Positions 1 to 13,891 are shown, counted from the stretch's first letter. The stretch is DNA of 32,000 nt from Deinococcus radiodurans R1 = ATCC 13939 = DSM 20539 (GCF_000008565.1 NC_001263.1:1559110-1591109); one strand, 5' to 3'. Numbers and translations: made by a program. Notes: a model not told the origin generated them from the sequence alone.

Positions 1-65
1 CAAGAGTCCCTGACGGAAATGCGTCGCAGCACGCCTTCCCCCTCCCCAACCTAACGGGCGTTTGT

Positions 66-71
66 TAGACT
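66..71 (+). promoter_or_regulatory. candidate -10 box (TAGACT) for a near-leaderless carboxyltransferase mRNA
   Basis: TAnnnT hexamer 10 nt upstream of ATG 82. No Shine-Dalgarno sequence in between. Confidence 0.35.
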
Positions 72-81
72 GTCGGTACAC

Positions 82-1761
<1,680 letters not shown>

Positions 1762-1814
1762 CCCCTTTCATGCCTTAGCCCCTTCCCTCTGCTCCCACTA
1801 ACACAGGACTGCCC

Positions 1815-2318
1815 ATGCGAAAGCACCAAACCAAAATCTATGCCGTTCTCGTCAGCCTCGGCCTCGGCTTTGTGGCTTTGACCGTTGCTTCGGCAGCGGG
1901 CGTTTTCACATCCAAGAACCCCACGCAGAGATTTGAGGATGGGATGCGCGTGCATTTCGGGGGCAAGGAAGAGAATTTCTCGGCCCATGCCCTGTTACTG
2001 GATGGGCATGAATGGCAGGTGACTGTGCTCAATCTCGACAGGGCACGCTTTGCCACCAAGCCCTACGACGAAGCCGGTCTGCCCGCAGAGCCCCGACTTG
2101 ATCAGACCTGCTATCAGGCGCTCCAGTTGATGCATCTCGCCCATGCGTACATTCCCCAAGGTTCCGACCCCGGCTACACCAATGATCAAAAGTGGAAGTG
2201 GCCCATCACGGTGGAATGGGGCTGGACAGCGCCTGACACGTTAAAAGCCACACTTCATCGCCACACTTTTTTCCCCGCCCAGACCCGCGAAGGGTTGCGG
2301 CAGTGCATTCAAACCTGA
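1815..2318 (+). CDS. hypothetical protein with N-terminal signal/anchor helix
   Basis: 167-aa ORF. N-terminus [29 protein letters not shown] looks like a signal peptide or membrane anchor. No family recognised. G+C is visibly lower (about 55-58% in two 60-nt samples I counted) than in the flanking genes. Confidence 0.6.
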   Translation: MRKHQTKIYAVLVSLGLGFVALTVASAAGVFTSKNPTQRFEDGMRVHFGGKEENFSAHALLLDGHEWQVTVLNLDRARFATKPYDEAGLPAEPRLDQTCYQALQLMHLAHAYIPQGSDPGYTNDQKWKWPITVEWGWTAPDTLKATLHRHTFFPAQTREGLRQCIQT

Positions 2319-2362
2319 CCCCATCTTCCTTAGACCCTCAGACCGAAACCGGAGGTTTCCCC

Positions 2363-3571
<1,209 letters not shown>

Positions 3572-3575
3572 CCGG

Positions 3576-3622
3576 CAACAAAAGGGGCGGGGCCGCTGCT
3601 GGCTCCGCCCCCTTTTTGTTGT
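3576..3622. terminator. bidirectional intrinsic terminator hairpin
   Basis: caacaaaaGGGGCGGgGCC-gctgct-GGCtCCGCCCCctttttgttg. GC-rich imperfect stem flanked by an A-run and a T-run, between convergent genes. Confidence 0.6.
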
Positions 3623-3625
3623 CTC

Positions 3626-4108
3626 TCAGGGACACCAGTTCGTCTTCCAGTCCAGTGCCGGCTCGCGGGTGATAAAGGTCCAGAGCAGCTCGTCGGAAAC
3701 CAGGGCTGTGCTTCCAGAGCGGACCAGTTCAGCCAGCCGACCCGAGGGCGCGAAATACAGCCGCCACTCGGCCTCCCCGCCATGCACGTTGCCATACGTC
3801 ACCAGCACGAAGGTCAGCCGCCCGGCAGTGTCGTAGTCATGTTGCCAGGTCACGGCGCTATCGCTTGTTCCACCGGAGATGAGATAACGCCGGACGTTGC
3901 CGCTGCGGTCAGTCAATAAGGAGAACTCGGGGCCTGACCCGGAACACTGGCGCTGCGCGACTTTCAATTGCCCGCGCTGGGCGAGCTCGTTGATTGCCAG
4001 ATAGTTGGCGCGAATCTCTTTCTTCAGCGTAGCGACGGATGGTGAGACCGCCAGGCTGGAAGACAGGGCAAAAGCGACGAGCGGCAACAGGAAGCGAAGA
4101 CGTTGCAT
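3626..4108 (-). CDS. hypothetical secreted protein, downstream of sodC
   Basis: ORF on the minus strand. ATG at 4108 gives MQRLRFLLPLVAFALSSSLAVSPS, a signal-peptide-like N-terminus (the track uses an upstream TTG at 4126). Lies 28 nt after the sodC stop on the same strand. No family recognised. Confidence 0.65.
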   Translation of the reverse strand: MQRLRFLLPLVAFALSSSLAVSPSVATLKKEIRANYLAINELAQRGQLKVAQRQCSGSGPEFSLLTDRSGNVRRYLISGGTSDSAVTWQHDYDTAGRLTFVLVTYGNVHGGEAEWRLYFAPSGRLAELVRSGSTALVSDELLWTFITREPALDWKTNWCP

Positions 4109-4136
4109 CTGCCGGGGAGGAAGCAAAACGCCCGGC

Positions 4137-4685
4137 TCAGTTTATGGCCTGGAAGACGCCGCAGCGTTCGCGTCCGCCGCTGTTGCCGGCGGGGTTGGTC
4201 TGATAGTCGTCGGCATCAGCGTGAATCACGATGCTGCGGCCCAGGACGCCCGTGGGGCCGGTCATCTTGAGGCGGTTGGTGTCGAAGTTGAGCCGGCCCT
4301 TGCCGTCCTCGCCCACCGTAATCATCGGCAGGTCGCCGCCGTGCCCCTGGTCGTTGCGGGCGTGGGGGCCGTCGTGGTTGTGGCTGGCGCCGGGGTCGAA
4401 GTGGCCGCCCGCCGCGCCGAAGGGGATGGTCTGACCCTGCGCGTCAGGGCCGGGGTTGCAGTTCGGGTTCTCGTGGATGTGCAGGCCGTGCGGCCCCGCT
4501 TTCAGGCCGCTGACCTCGATGCTCACGCGGGTGCCGATGGGACTGGGGCTAAAGGTGGCGGTGCCGGTCACTTTGCCGGTCTGGTCGAGCAAATCGGCGC
4601 GCACGGTGGGCTGACCGAGGTCGGCACAGGCGGAAAGCGACAGGCCCAGGGCCAGCAGCGGCACAACGGTAAGGGTTCGGAACAT
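4137..4685 (-). CDS. sodC: Cu/Zn superoxide dismutase, lipoprotein
   Basis: Motifs GLHIHENPNC, GGHFDP, GDLP and IVIHADADDY...GNSGGRERCGV match the Cu/Zn-SOD metal-ligand and disulfide signature. Lipobox LSLSAC is present. GAGGAGG lies 8 nt upstream of the ATG. Confidence 0.95.
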   Translation of the reverse strand: MFRTLTVVPLLALGLSLSACADLGQPTVRADLLDQTGKVTGTATFSPSPIGTRVSIEVSGLKAGPHGLHIHENPNCNPGPDAQGQTIPFGAAGGHFDPGASHNHDGPHARNDQGHGGDLPMITVGEDGKGRLNFDTNRLKMTGPTGVLGRSIVIHADADDYQTNPAGNSGGRERCGVFQAIN

Positions 4686-4956
4686 GGGGGTGGCCTCCTC
4701 GGCGACAGAATGCAGAGCGAACAGTTCAGCTGCTATTCAAACATGTCCTGCTCCTGCCCAAGCCTTCTCGCAAGGGGAGCGCAAGCCATTTCTGGTGCCT
4801 GCTTTGTTCAGAGGCGCCAAACAACCATCAGAAAATGTGTGTCTGGTGAAGCAGTTTTGTTAAAAAACTTACAGCCTGGGATAGAAAACAGCACTATCAC
4901 AGCATCCCATCTGAATGAGAGATGAGAGATAAATCCTCATTCCTTTACGGAAAACT

Positions 4957-4962
4957 TAATTT
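4957..4962 (+). promoter_or_regulatory. candidate -10 box (TAATTT) for the CAP-domain gene
   Basis: TAnnnT hexamer 10 nt upstream of ATG 4973. No SD. Confidence 0.3.
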
Positions 4963-4972
4963 CTAATAAGCC

Positions 4973-5581
4973 ATGCCCAAAAGCAAAGCGAGGTTTGCCC
5001 TCACCCCCGCCCTGCTGCTGAGTCTGGTGGCCTGCGGTCAACAGAAGCTGCCGGATTTCTCTGCCCACCCAGGCGGCCAGGCCGTCGGAGGCGCCACGAC
5101 TGAAACGACTCAGCCTGCGAGCACGGCTCCGAGTCAGGTGGCGGCCCAGACGGTGCCCGGCACCTCGTTCGCCCAGCGCGTGTTCGACCTGACCAACGCG
5201 GCGCGCACCCAGGCGCGGACCTGCGGGACCACCGCCTACGCCGCCGCGCCCGCGCTGACTTACAACAGCCTGCTGGAACGGGCCGCGCAGGACCACGCCG
5301 CCGACATGGCGAGCAAAAACTACTTCAGCCACACCAGCCTCGACGGGCGCAAGTTCTCGCAGCGCATCACCAACGCCGGGTACGGCTGGCGCACCGCCGG
5401 GGAAAACATCGCCGCCGGGTACGACACCCCCGAAGCCCTGGTGCAGGGCTGGCTGCAAAGCCCCGGCCACTGCGCCAACATCATGAACCCGGCTTTCAAG
5501 GAAATCGGCGTGGGCTACAGCTACGGCGCCGCAAGCAGCTACGGGCACTACTGGGTGCAGGACTTCGGCGCGGGCTGGTAA
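4973..5581 (+). CDS. CAP/SCP (PR-1-like, YkwD-type) domain lipoprotein
   Basis: Lipobox LLLSLVAC. C-terminal CAP-domain pattern (LTNAART..., AAQDHAADMASKNYFSHTS, GENIAAGY, GWLQSPGHCANIM, HYWVQDFG). Confidence 0.85.
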   Translation: MPKSKARFALTPALLLSLVACGQQKLPDFSAHPGGQAVGGATTETTQPASTAPSQVAAQTVPGTSFAQRVFDLTNAARTQARTCGTTAYAAAPALTYNSLLERAAQDHAADMASKNYFSHTSLDGRKFSQRITNAGYGWRTAGENIAAGYDTPEALVQGWLQSPGHCANIMNPAFKEIGVGYSYGAASSYGHYWVQDFGAGW

Positions 5582-5587
5582 AGACCG

Positions 5588-5637
5588 CAAAAGAGCGGGA
5601 GCGTAGGCGCACTGGCCTCACACTCCCGCTCTTTTTG
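5588..5637. terminator. bidirectional terminator hairpin
   Basis: CAAAAGAGCGGGAG - 21-nt loop - CTCCCGCTCTTTTTG, between the convergent CAP gene (+) and the EnvC-like gene (-). Confidence 0.55.
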
Positions 5638-5641
5638 TGGC

Positions 5642-7383
5642 TTAGAACGGCGGCGCCACCGGTGTTTCCCCGTTACGAACCTGAAAGGCCATACGGTCTG
5701 GGCCGAAGATGTGGCTGCCGCCCGTGGTGCCCAGCGGCGTCCCGCGCTCGACCCGTTGGCCGACCTCGACCAAGGTGTCTTGCAAGCCGAAATAGCCGGT
5801 GATGACGTTGCTGCCGTGGTCGAGCAAGATGACCCAGCCGAGCGCCGCATAGTACGCCGAGGCGATGACGTTGCCGGTCTGCGCGGCCACCGCCCGGCCC
5901 CCCGAGGCGCCGCTGAGGACTTCCCACTGCGCCCCCGAGGTGCCGTAGGGCGCTGCCACCTTGCCACCGGGCAGCGGAAACCCCAGGTCGCGGCTGCTGA
6001 TGGCGGGCAGCGGGGCGAGTTCGGCGGCGAGTTGTTTTTCCTGCTGCGCGGTCTGCTGCTGCTGCGTCTGCAAGTCGCGCTGCTCGCGGGCCACCGCCTG
6101 CTCGCGCACTTTCTGGGCGGCCTGGGCCTGCTGCTGCGCCTGCCGGGCGGCGCGGGCCTGGGCTTCGGCGCGGGCCGCTGCCGCCGCTTGCTGCTGGGCC
6201 TGAGCGCGGGCAGCCGCCTCGGCCTGGGCACGGGCCTGCGCTTCTGCTTTGGCCTGGGCTGCCGCCTGTGCTTGAGCGGCGGCGCGTGCCTGAGCCTCGG
6301 CCCGGGCTTTGGCCTCCGCGCGAGCTTTGGCTTCGGCGGCGACTTTGGCCTGAGCCGCGGCGCGGGCCTCGGCCAGGGCTTTCTGGCGGGCGGCCTCGGC
6401 GGCTTCGCGGGCCTTGCGTTCCTGCTCGGCGCGGATGCGGGCGAGACGCTCGGCTTCCTTGCGGGCGCGTTCCTGGGCCTCGCGGATGCGGCGAGCCTCA
6501 GCCTCACGGCGGCGGCGTTCTTCTTCCAGGCGGCGGCGGCGCTCCTCCTCCAGCCGGGTGCGTTCGCGGACCACGTTGCCCACCAGCGAATCAATGGTCT
6601 GAGCAGTCAGCGCCTGCTGCGCCTGGGTGCGCACCGCCACCGCCTGCTGACCCTGCGCCGAGCGCTGCAACTCGGCGAGGGCGTCGGCCTGACGGGTGCG
6701 GCGGTCGCGCAGCTCGGCCAGTTTGGTCTGCTGCTCGCCTTGCAGGCCCCGCAAAGCGTCGCTCTGCTGACGCTGGCGCAGTTGCTGGGTGGTCAATTCG
6801 GCGGCGGCCCCGCGCAACTGCTCCATGACCTCCACGTTGCGCTGCCCGGCCATGTTTGCGTAGTCGAGCCGAATGAGCATGTCCGAGATGCTGTTCGACT
6901 GCGAGAGCAGCCGCATGTACTGGGTATTGCGCGCGCGGTAGAGCGCCTTCATGACGGCGCGGGCGTCCACCTTGAGCGCTTCCACCTGCGAGCGGGTCAC
7001 GCGAATCTGGGCTTCGGTCTCGCGCAGGGCGCGGGTGGCCGCCGTCACGCGCGCGAGCACGTCGGCGAGTTCGTTTTCCAGATCCGTGACCTCGCTGGTC
7101 AGGGCGTCGAGCCGGTCGAGAGCGGCGCGCTGCTGGGCGTTCAGTTGCCGCAGCCGGGCGCGCACCTCGGTGAGCTGGCGCTTTTGCTGCACGCTCAGGC
7201 GGCGCTGCTCGATGAGCTGGCGCTGCAATTGTTCCAGACGCCGACTCGTCAAGTCGGTGCCGCCCGCGAGGTTGGGAGGCGCGTTCTGGGCGCGGGCCTG
7301 CCACTCCAGCGGCCCGCCCACCACGCCGAGCAGCGCCGCCGTGAGCAGCAGCCCGGCGGGCCAGGACGGCAAAGCGGCGCGTC

Positions 7384-7387
<4 letters not shown>
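5642..7387 (-). CDS. EnvC-like coiled-coil protein with degenerate M23/LytM C-terminal domain (putative murein hydrolase activator)
   Basis: Start placed at ATG 7387 (MRRAALPSWPAGLLLTAALLG signal peptide). It overlaps the ftsX stop as ATGA. Long coiled coil, then a C-terminal LytM-like domain (GWVILLDHGSNVITGYFGL...GTPLGTTGG). I cannot see the HxxxD and HxH zinc motifs. Confidence 0.85.
6020..6570 (-). repeat. low-complexity coding repeat (ER/K-rich then A/Q/K/R-rich) inside the EnvC-like gene
   Basis: Translation reads RLEEERRRRLEEERRRREAEARRIREAQERARKEAERLARIRAEQERKAREAAEAARQKALAEARAAAQAKVAAEAKARAEAKARAEAQARAAAQAQAAAQAKAEAQARAQAEAAARAQAQQQ... The DNA is cryptically repetitive (gcctgggc / gcggcg units), and all frames are open here. 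Confidence 0.7.
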
Positions 7388-9012
<1,625 letters not shown>

Positions 9013-9146
9013 AGCCCACCCCCTGCGGGCAACCATGAAGAGTGGATGCGGGCGCTTCTCATCTCTACTCCGTTGCAGTCGCGCCCAGCGCAGCCCCGGC
9101 GCGGGGACGCTCAAACAGATTTCATGCCACCGTGACCCCCGCCGCC

Positions 9147-9152
9147 TATTGT
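9147..9152 (+). promoter_or_regulatory. candidate -10 box (TATTGT) for a leaderless C-terminal protease mRNA
   Basis: The hexamer ends 6 nt before the A of ATG 9159. No SD. Confidence 0.45.
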
Positions 9153-9158
9153 GGGTCA

Positions 9159-10475
9159 ATGAATCGCAACCGCATTGCTCTGGTGGCGGGCACCCTCGCC
9201 CTCACCGCCGCCGTGGCCGCCGCGCAGATGGGCGGCTACACTTCTCAGACGCTCGCCAATACGCCCGAAGGCAAAAGCCTGGTCCAAGTGCTCAACGACC
9301 TCAACCGCTATTACCTCTACCCGGTCAACCAGGACAAGGTGCTGCGCGGCGCGATCACGGGGGCGCTCGCCAGCCTCGACGACGAATTCACCTACTACAC
9401 CGAACCCGAAGACAACGCGGTGGCCGAGCAGGACCTCTCGGGATCGTTCGGCGGCATCGGGGTGACGCTGGTGGCCGCCAACAGTGACGGCTCCGGCGGC
9501 AAGGTGGACAACGTCTTCAAGGACAACCCCGCCTTCAAGGGCGGCGTGCACATCGGCGACGTGTTTCTCAAGATCGGCGACAAGGACGTGACGGGCGCCA
9601 AGCTCAACGACATCGTCAAGCTGGTGCGCGGTCCTATCGGCTCGGAGGTGGACGTGACCTTCGGGCGCAACGGCAAGCCCTACACCGTCAAGCTCAAGCG
9701 CGACAAGGTCAACGTCATCAGCGTCGAAAAGACCATCTTGCCCGGCAACATCGGCTACGTGGCGCTCAACACCTTCTACAACGAGCAGGCGAGCGCGCAG
9801 TTCCGCGCCGCGATTGCCGACATGAAAAAGGCCAATGTGCAGAAGCTGATTCTCGACCTGCGTGACAACGGCGGCGGCCTGCTGAGCGCCGGGGTGGACG
9901 TGGCCGACCAGTTCCTGCAAAGCGGCCCCATCGTCAGCCTACGCGAGCGCGGCGGTCAGCCCGAGGTGTACGGCAGCGCCCGCAAGCAGGCGACCGACTA
10001 CACCGGCAAACTGGTGCTGCTCGTCAACAAGAACAGCGCCAGCGCCAGCGAAGTGGTCGGCGGCGCCCTTCAGGACAACAAGCGCGCCACCATCATCGGC
10101 GAGCAGACCTTCGGCAAGGGCGTGGCGCAGGTGCCGATCACCCTGCCCGACGGCGGCAAGGTCGCCATCGTCAACAGCGCCTGGATTACCCCCAAGGGGC
10201 GCGAGATTCACAAGAAGGGCATTACGCCGGACATCGTGGTCAAGGACACCCGCTTCCCGGTGCCGCTCAACTTCAGCGGCAGTGGCGTGGCGCCCGGCAC
10301 CACCCTGACCCTCACCGTCGGCGACCAGCCGGTCAAGGTCACCGCCGACAAGGACGGCAAGTTCACCTACGTGGGCGAAATCAAGCGCCGTGACCGCAGC
10401 GACGTGCAGGGCCAGGCCGTGGTGGACGTGGAACACGACGCCATCCTGAAAAAGGCGCTGGAAACGCTGAAGTAA
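9159..10475 (+). CDS. ctpA: S41 family carboxyl-terminal processing protease
   Basis: Signal peptide MNRNRIALVAGTLALTAAVAAAQ. PDZ region (GGIGVTLV...GDVFLKIGDKDV). S41 catalytic core (ILDLRDNGGGLL, NKNSASASEVVGGALQD, GEQTFGKG). Start chosen at ATG 9159 rather than the track's 9042. Confidence 0.92.
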   Translation: MNRNRIALVAGTLALTAAVAAAQMGGYTSQTLANTPEGKSLVQVLNDLNRYYLYPVNQDKVLRGAITGALASLDDEFTYYTEPEDNAVAEQDLSGSFGGIGVTLVAANSDGSGGKVDNVFKDNPAFKGGVHIGDVFLKIGDKDVTGAKLNDIVKLVRGPIGSEVDVTFGRNGKPYTVKLKRDKVNVISVEKTILPGNIGYVALNTFYNEQASAQFRAAIADMKKANVQKLILDLRDNGGGLLSAGVDVADQFLQSGPIVSLRERGGQPEVYGSARKQATDYTGKLVLLVNKNSASASEVVGGALQDNKRATIIGEQTFGKGVAQVPITLPDGGKVAIVNSAWITPKGREIHKKGITPDIVVKDTRFPVPLNFSGSGVAPGTTLTLTVGDQPVKVTADKDGKFTYVGEIKRRDRSDVQGQAVVDVEHDAILKKALETLK

Positions 10476-10487
10476 CCGAGTTTGAGA

Positions 10488-10535
10488 ATAGAAAATGGCG
10501 AGCCTGAGTATTAAGTCAGGCCCGCCATTTTCTAT
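10488..10535. terminator. long stem-loop, probable bidirectional terminator
   Basis: ATAGAAAATGGCGaGCCTGA-gtattaag-TCAGGCcCGCCATTTTCTAT. About 19 bp of stem, starting 13 nt after the protease stop codon. Confidence 0.6.
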
Positions 10536-10580
10536 TCAAAGGCAGCTTGTCAAATATCTCTTTCTCATTCTACAAGCTAC

Positions 10581-11126
10581 CTATCGGTTCGTGTTGTACC
10601 CCATTCCTTTAAGGAAGGGCACTACGCAAGTGAGCTGGCGTAGTGCAGTGTTAATACCCCTAGCAGGAAAAATGTAATGTGATTGAAAAATGTCTACAGC
10701 AAATCTTTGCTTAGTAGAGAAGAGCTCAGCAGTAATCAATCCCAATTGACCGTAGCGGCGCAGATCATCATTTTGGCCGATAACTTGCCAATTCTCACTG
10801 ACTCGACGCCGTTGGTCAGCCTGCCACACGACGGGTATTCTCGCCCCATTACGATAACCGTATGCAGCAAAATCCCCATCTGGAATATAGAGACTTACAT
10901 TGGCCGTCCGGGAATCTACACAAAAAACGTACATTTCCATATTTCCATTACTACTTTGCAAAACTACGGCTTTATCCTGCACATTCTCTGCAAAACTAGG
11001 CGAGGTTACAAGGCGCACGTCGCCATAACGAACCGATTGAGCAGAACCAAAACCACACATTGCAAATATAATTGCTAGGGATAAATTTCGCACAACTTTA
11101 AGATAAACAGAAAGTTTGTATAGCAC
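10581..11126 (-). CDS. orphan hypothetical secreted protein in a low-GC islet
   Basis: 181-aa ORF (GTG 11126; alternative GTG 11093 gives MRNLSLAIIFAMCGFGSAQS, a signal-like N-terminus). G+C is about 35-50% in the 60-nt samples I counted, against roughly two-thirds elsewhere. No family recognised with confidence. Confidence 0.55.
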   Translation of the reverse strand: MLYKLSVYLKVVRNLSLAIIFAMCGFGSAQSVRYGDVRLVTSPSFAENVQDKAVVLQSSNGNMEMYVFCVDSRTANVSLYIPDGDFAAYGYRNGARIPVVWQADQRRRVSENWQVIGQNDDLRRYGQLGLITAELFSTKQRFAVDIFQSHYIFPARGINTALRQLTCVVPFLKGMGYNTNR

Positions 11127-11163
11127 TACCCCCTATGGGGAGTATCAAGAGGCATATGAAGCA

Positions 11164-12780
<1,617 letters not shown>

Positions 12781-12875
12781 AAGGGCTCCGGCAGGCCAAG
12801 TGGGCGGCCTGAAAGGTCGGGGAAAAACAAACGGCGCGTCCTCGACCTGCGCTCACGGGGGCGAAAGGAGAACGG

Positions 12876-13891
12876 TCATGACCCCCATGATAACGGCTGC
12901 GCCCCGCTGCCGGGTAGGTGGCGCCTTTCCCCATTGCCGGGGCTGTTTTCCCTTTTTCCCAGCGCTCCGTGTGCCCCCAGTTCAGTGACGGCCCAGGCGC
13001 CGCACGCCGTCGTTATGGGTCCGCAGCCACCGATGACGCGCTCGGTGACGCTGAGCGGCAGGGCGGAGACCCCGTAAAACCCCGGGCCGACGTGGGCGCC
13101 GATGGTCGCGCCGACGAGCTGCACGCGGCGGCGCACCGGGTTGAGGCGGCTGCGTTCGACGGCGGCGCGCAGTTCGGCCATGCGCCCGGGGTCGCGCCCG
13201 CCGTGGGCGACCGAGATAGAAATCGGCTCGCGCCCGAAGCGCTCCTCCAGGGTGCGAATGATGTCTTGCAGCGCCTGCCCCTGCCGCACGGTGCGCTCCA
13301 CCCGGATTCGCCCGTCCTCGAAGCCCATGACCGGGCGCACGCCGAGCAGGGTGCCGACCATTTCCTGACCGCGCGAGACGCGCCCGCCCCGGCGCAGGTA
13401 CTCCAGCGTGGGCACGGTGAACTGGCAGCAGATGGTCCGCCGCACCTGCTGCGCCACGAGTGCGCGGCGTCGGCGTCGCCCCCGGCGAGCAGCACCTCGC
13501 GCACGGCGAGCAGCGTCTCGGTCAGGCCCACCGAACTCATGCCGCTGTCGATCAGGAGCACCTGCGCCCCCAGTCCGTGCGCCGCCACCGCCTGTCGGGC
13601 GTGCTGCAAGGTTTCGGACTGCTGGGCGCTGATGTGCACGCTCACCACGAAGTCGTGGCGCTGCAAGAGGTCGAGGTACAGCTCCTCGAAGTGGCGTGGC
13701 GGCGGCGGTTGCGTCTGCACCTGCACGCCCCGGCGCAGGTGCTCGTAGACCTGATCGGGGTCGAGCTCCAGCCAGTCTAGGTAGCTGCCCTGCTCCAGCT
13801 TGACGCGCAGCGGCACCACATGGATGCCCAGCTGCTCGGCCACGGCGGGGGACAAATCACAGGTCGAATCGGTGACCAGGGCAAATGACAT
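12876..13891 (-). pseudogene. DegV family fatty-acid-binding protein, reading frame broken once near 13458-13475
   Basis: The frame from ATG 13891 reads DegV-like (MSFALVTDSTCDLSP...VSVHISAQQSETLQHA...LLIDSGMSSVG...) up to ...LLAGGDADAA, then turns into Arg/Ser/Cys junk. The DegV continuation (LVAQQVRRTICCQFTVPTLEYLRRGGRVS...AHVGPGFYGV) is in another frame (track ORF 12876..13457). The 3' tail beyond about 13000 may be run-on rather than true coding. Confidence 0.8.

Noticed and set aside
6020-6570. Possible CRISPR-like or tandem repeat array in the GC-rich repetitive stretch
   Set aside because: There are no discrete repeat-spacer units. The periodicity is codon-level (Ala/Gln/Arg/Lys/Glu codons) and sits in frame within a protein-coding gene.
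9013-9159. 5' extensions of track ORFs: ftsE to 9159, the protease from 9042, the EnvC-like gene to 7480, the ACAD from 2303, and oppD to 28646
   Set aside because: The extensions overlap neighbouring genes or divergent promoters and lack signal or domain content. Downstream starts have SD or -10 signatures, and their N-termini match family norms.
10495-11078. Plus-strand ORFs in the low-GC islet (10495..10677, 60 aa; 10683..11078, 131 aa)
   Set aside because: They are shorter than the minus-strand ORF and lack its signal peptide and balanced composition. The first consists largely of the hairpin sequences. One strand must be chosen, and the minus strand is more protein-like, though even that call is only moderate confidence.
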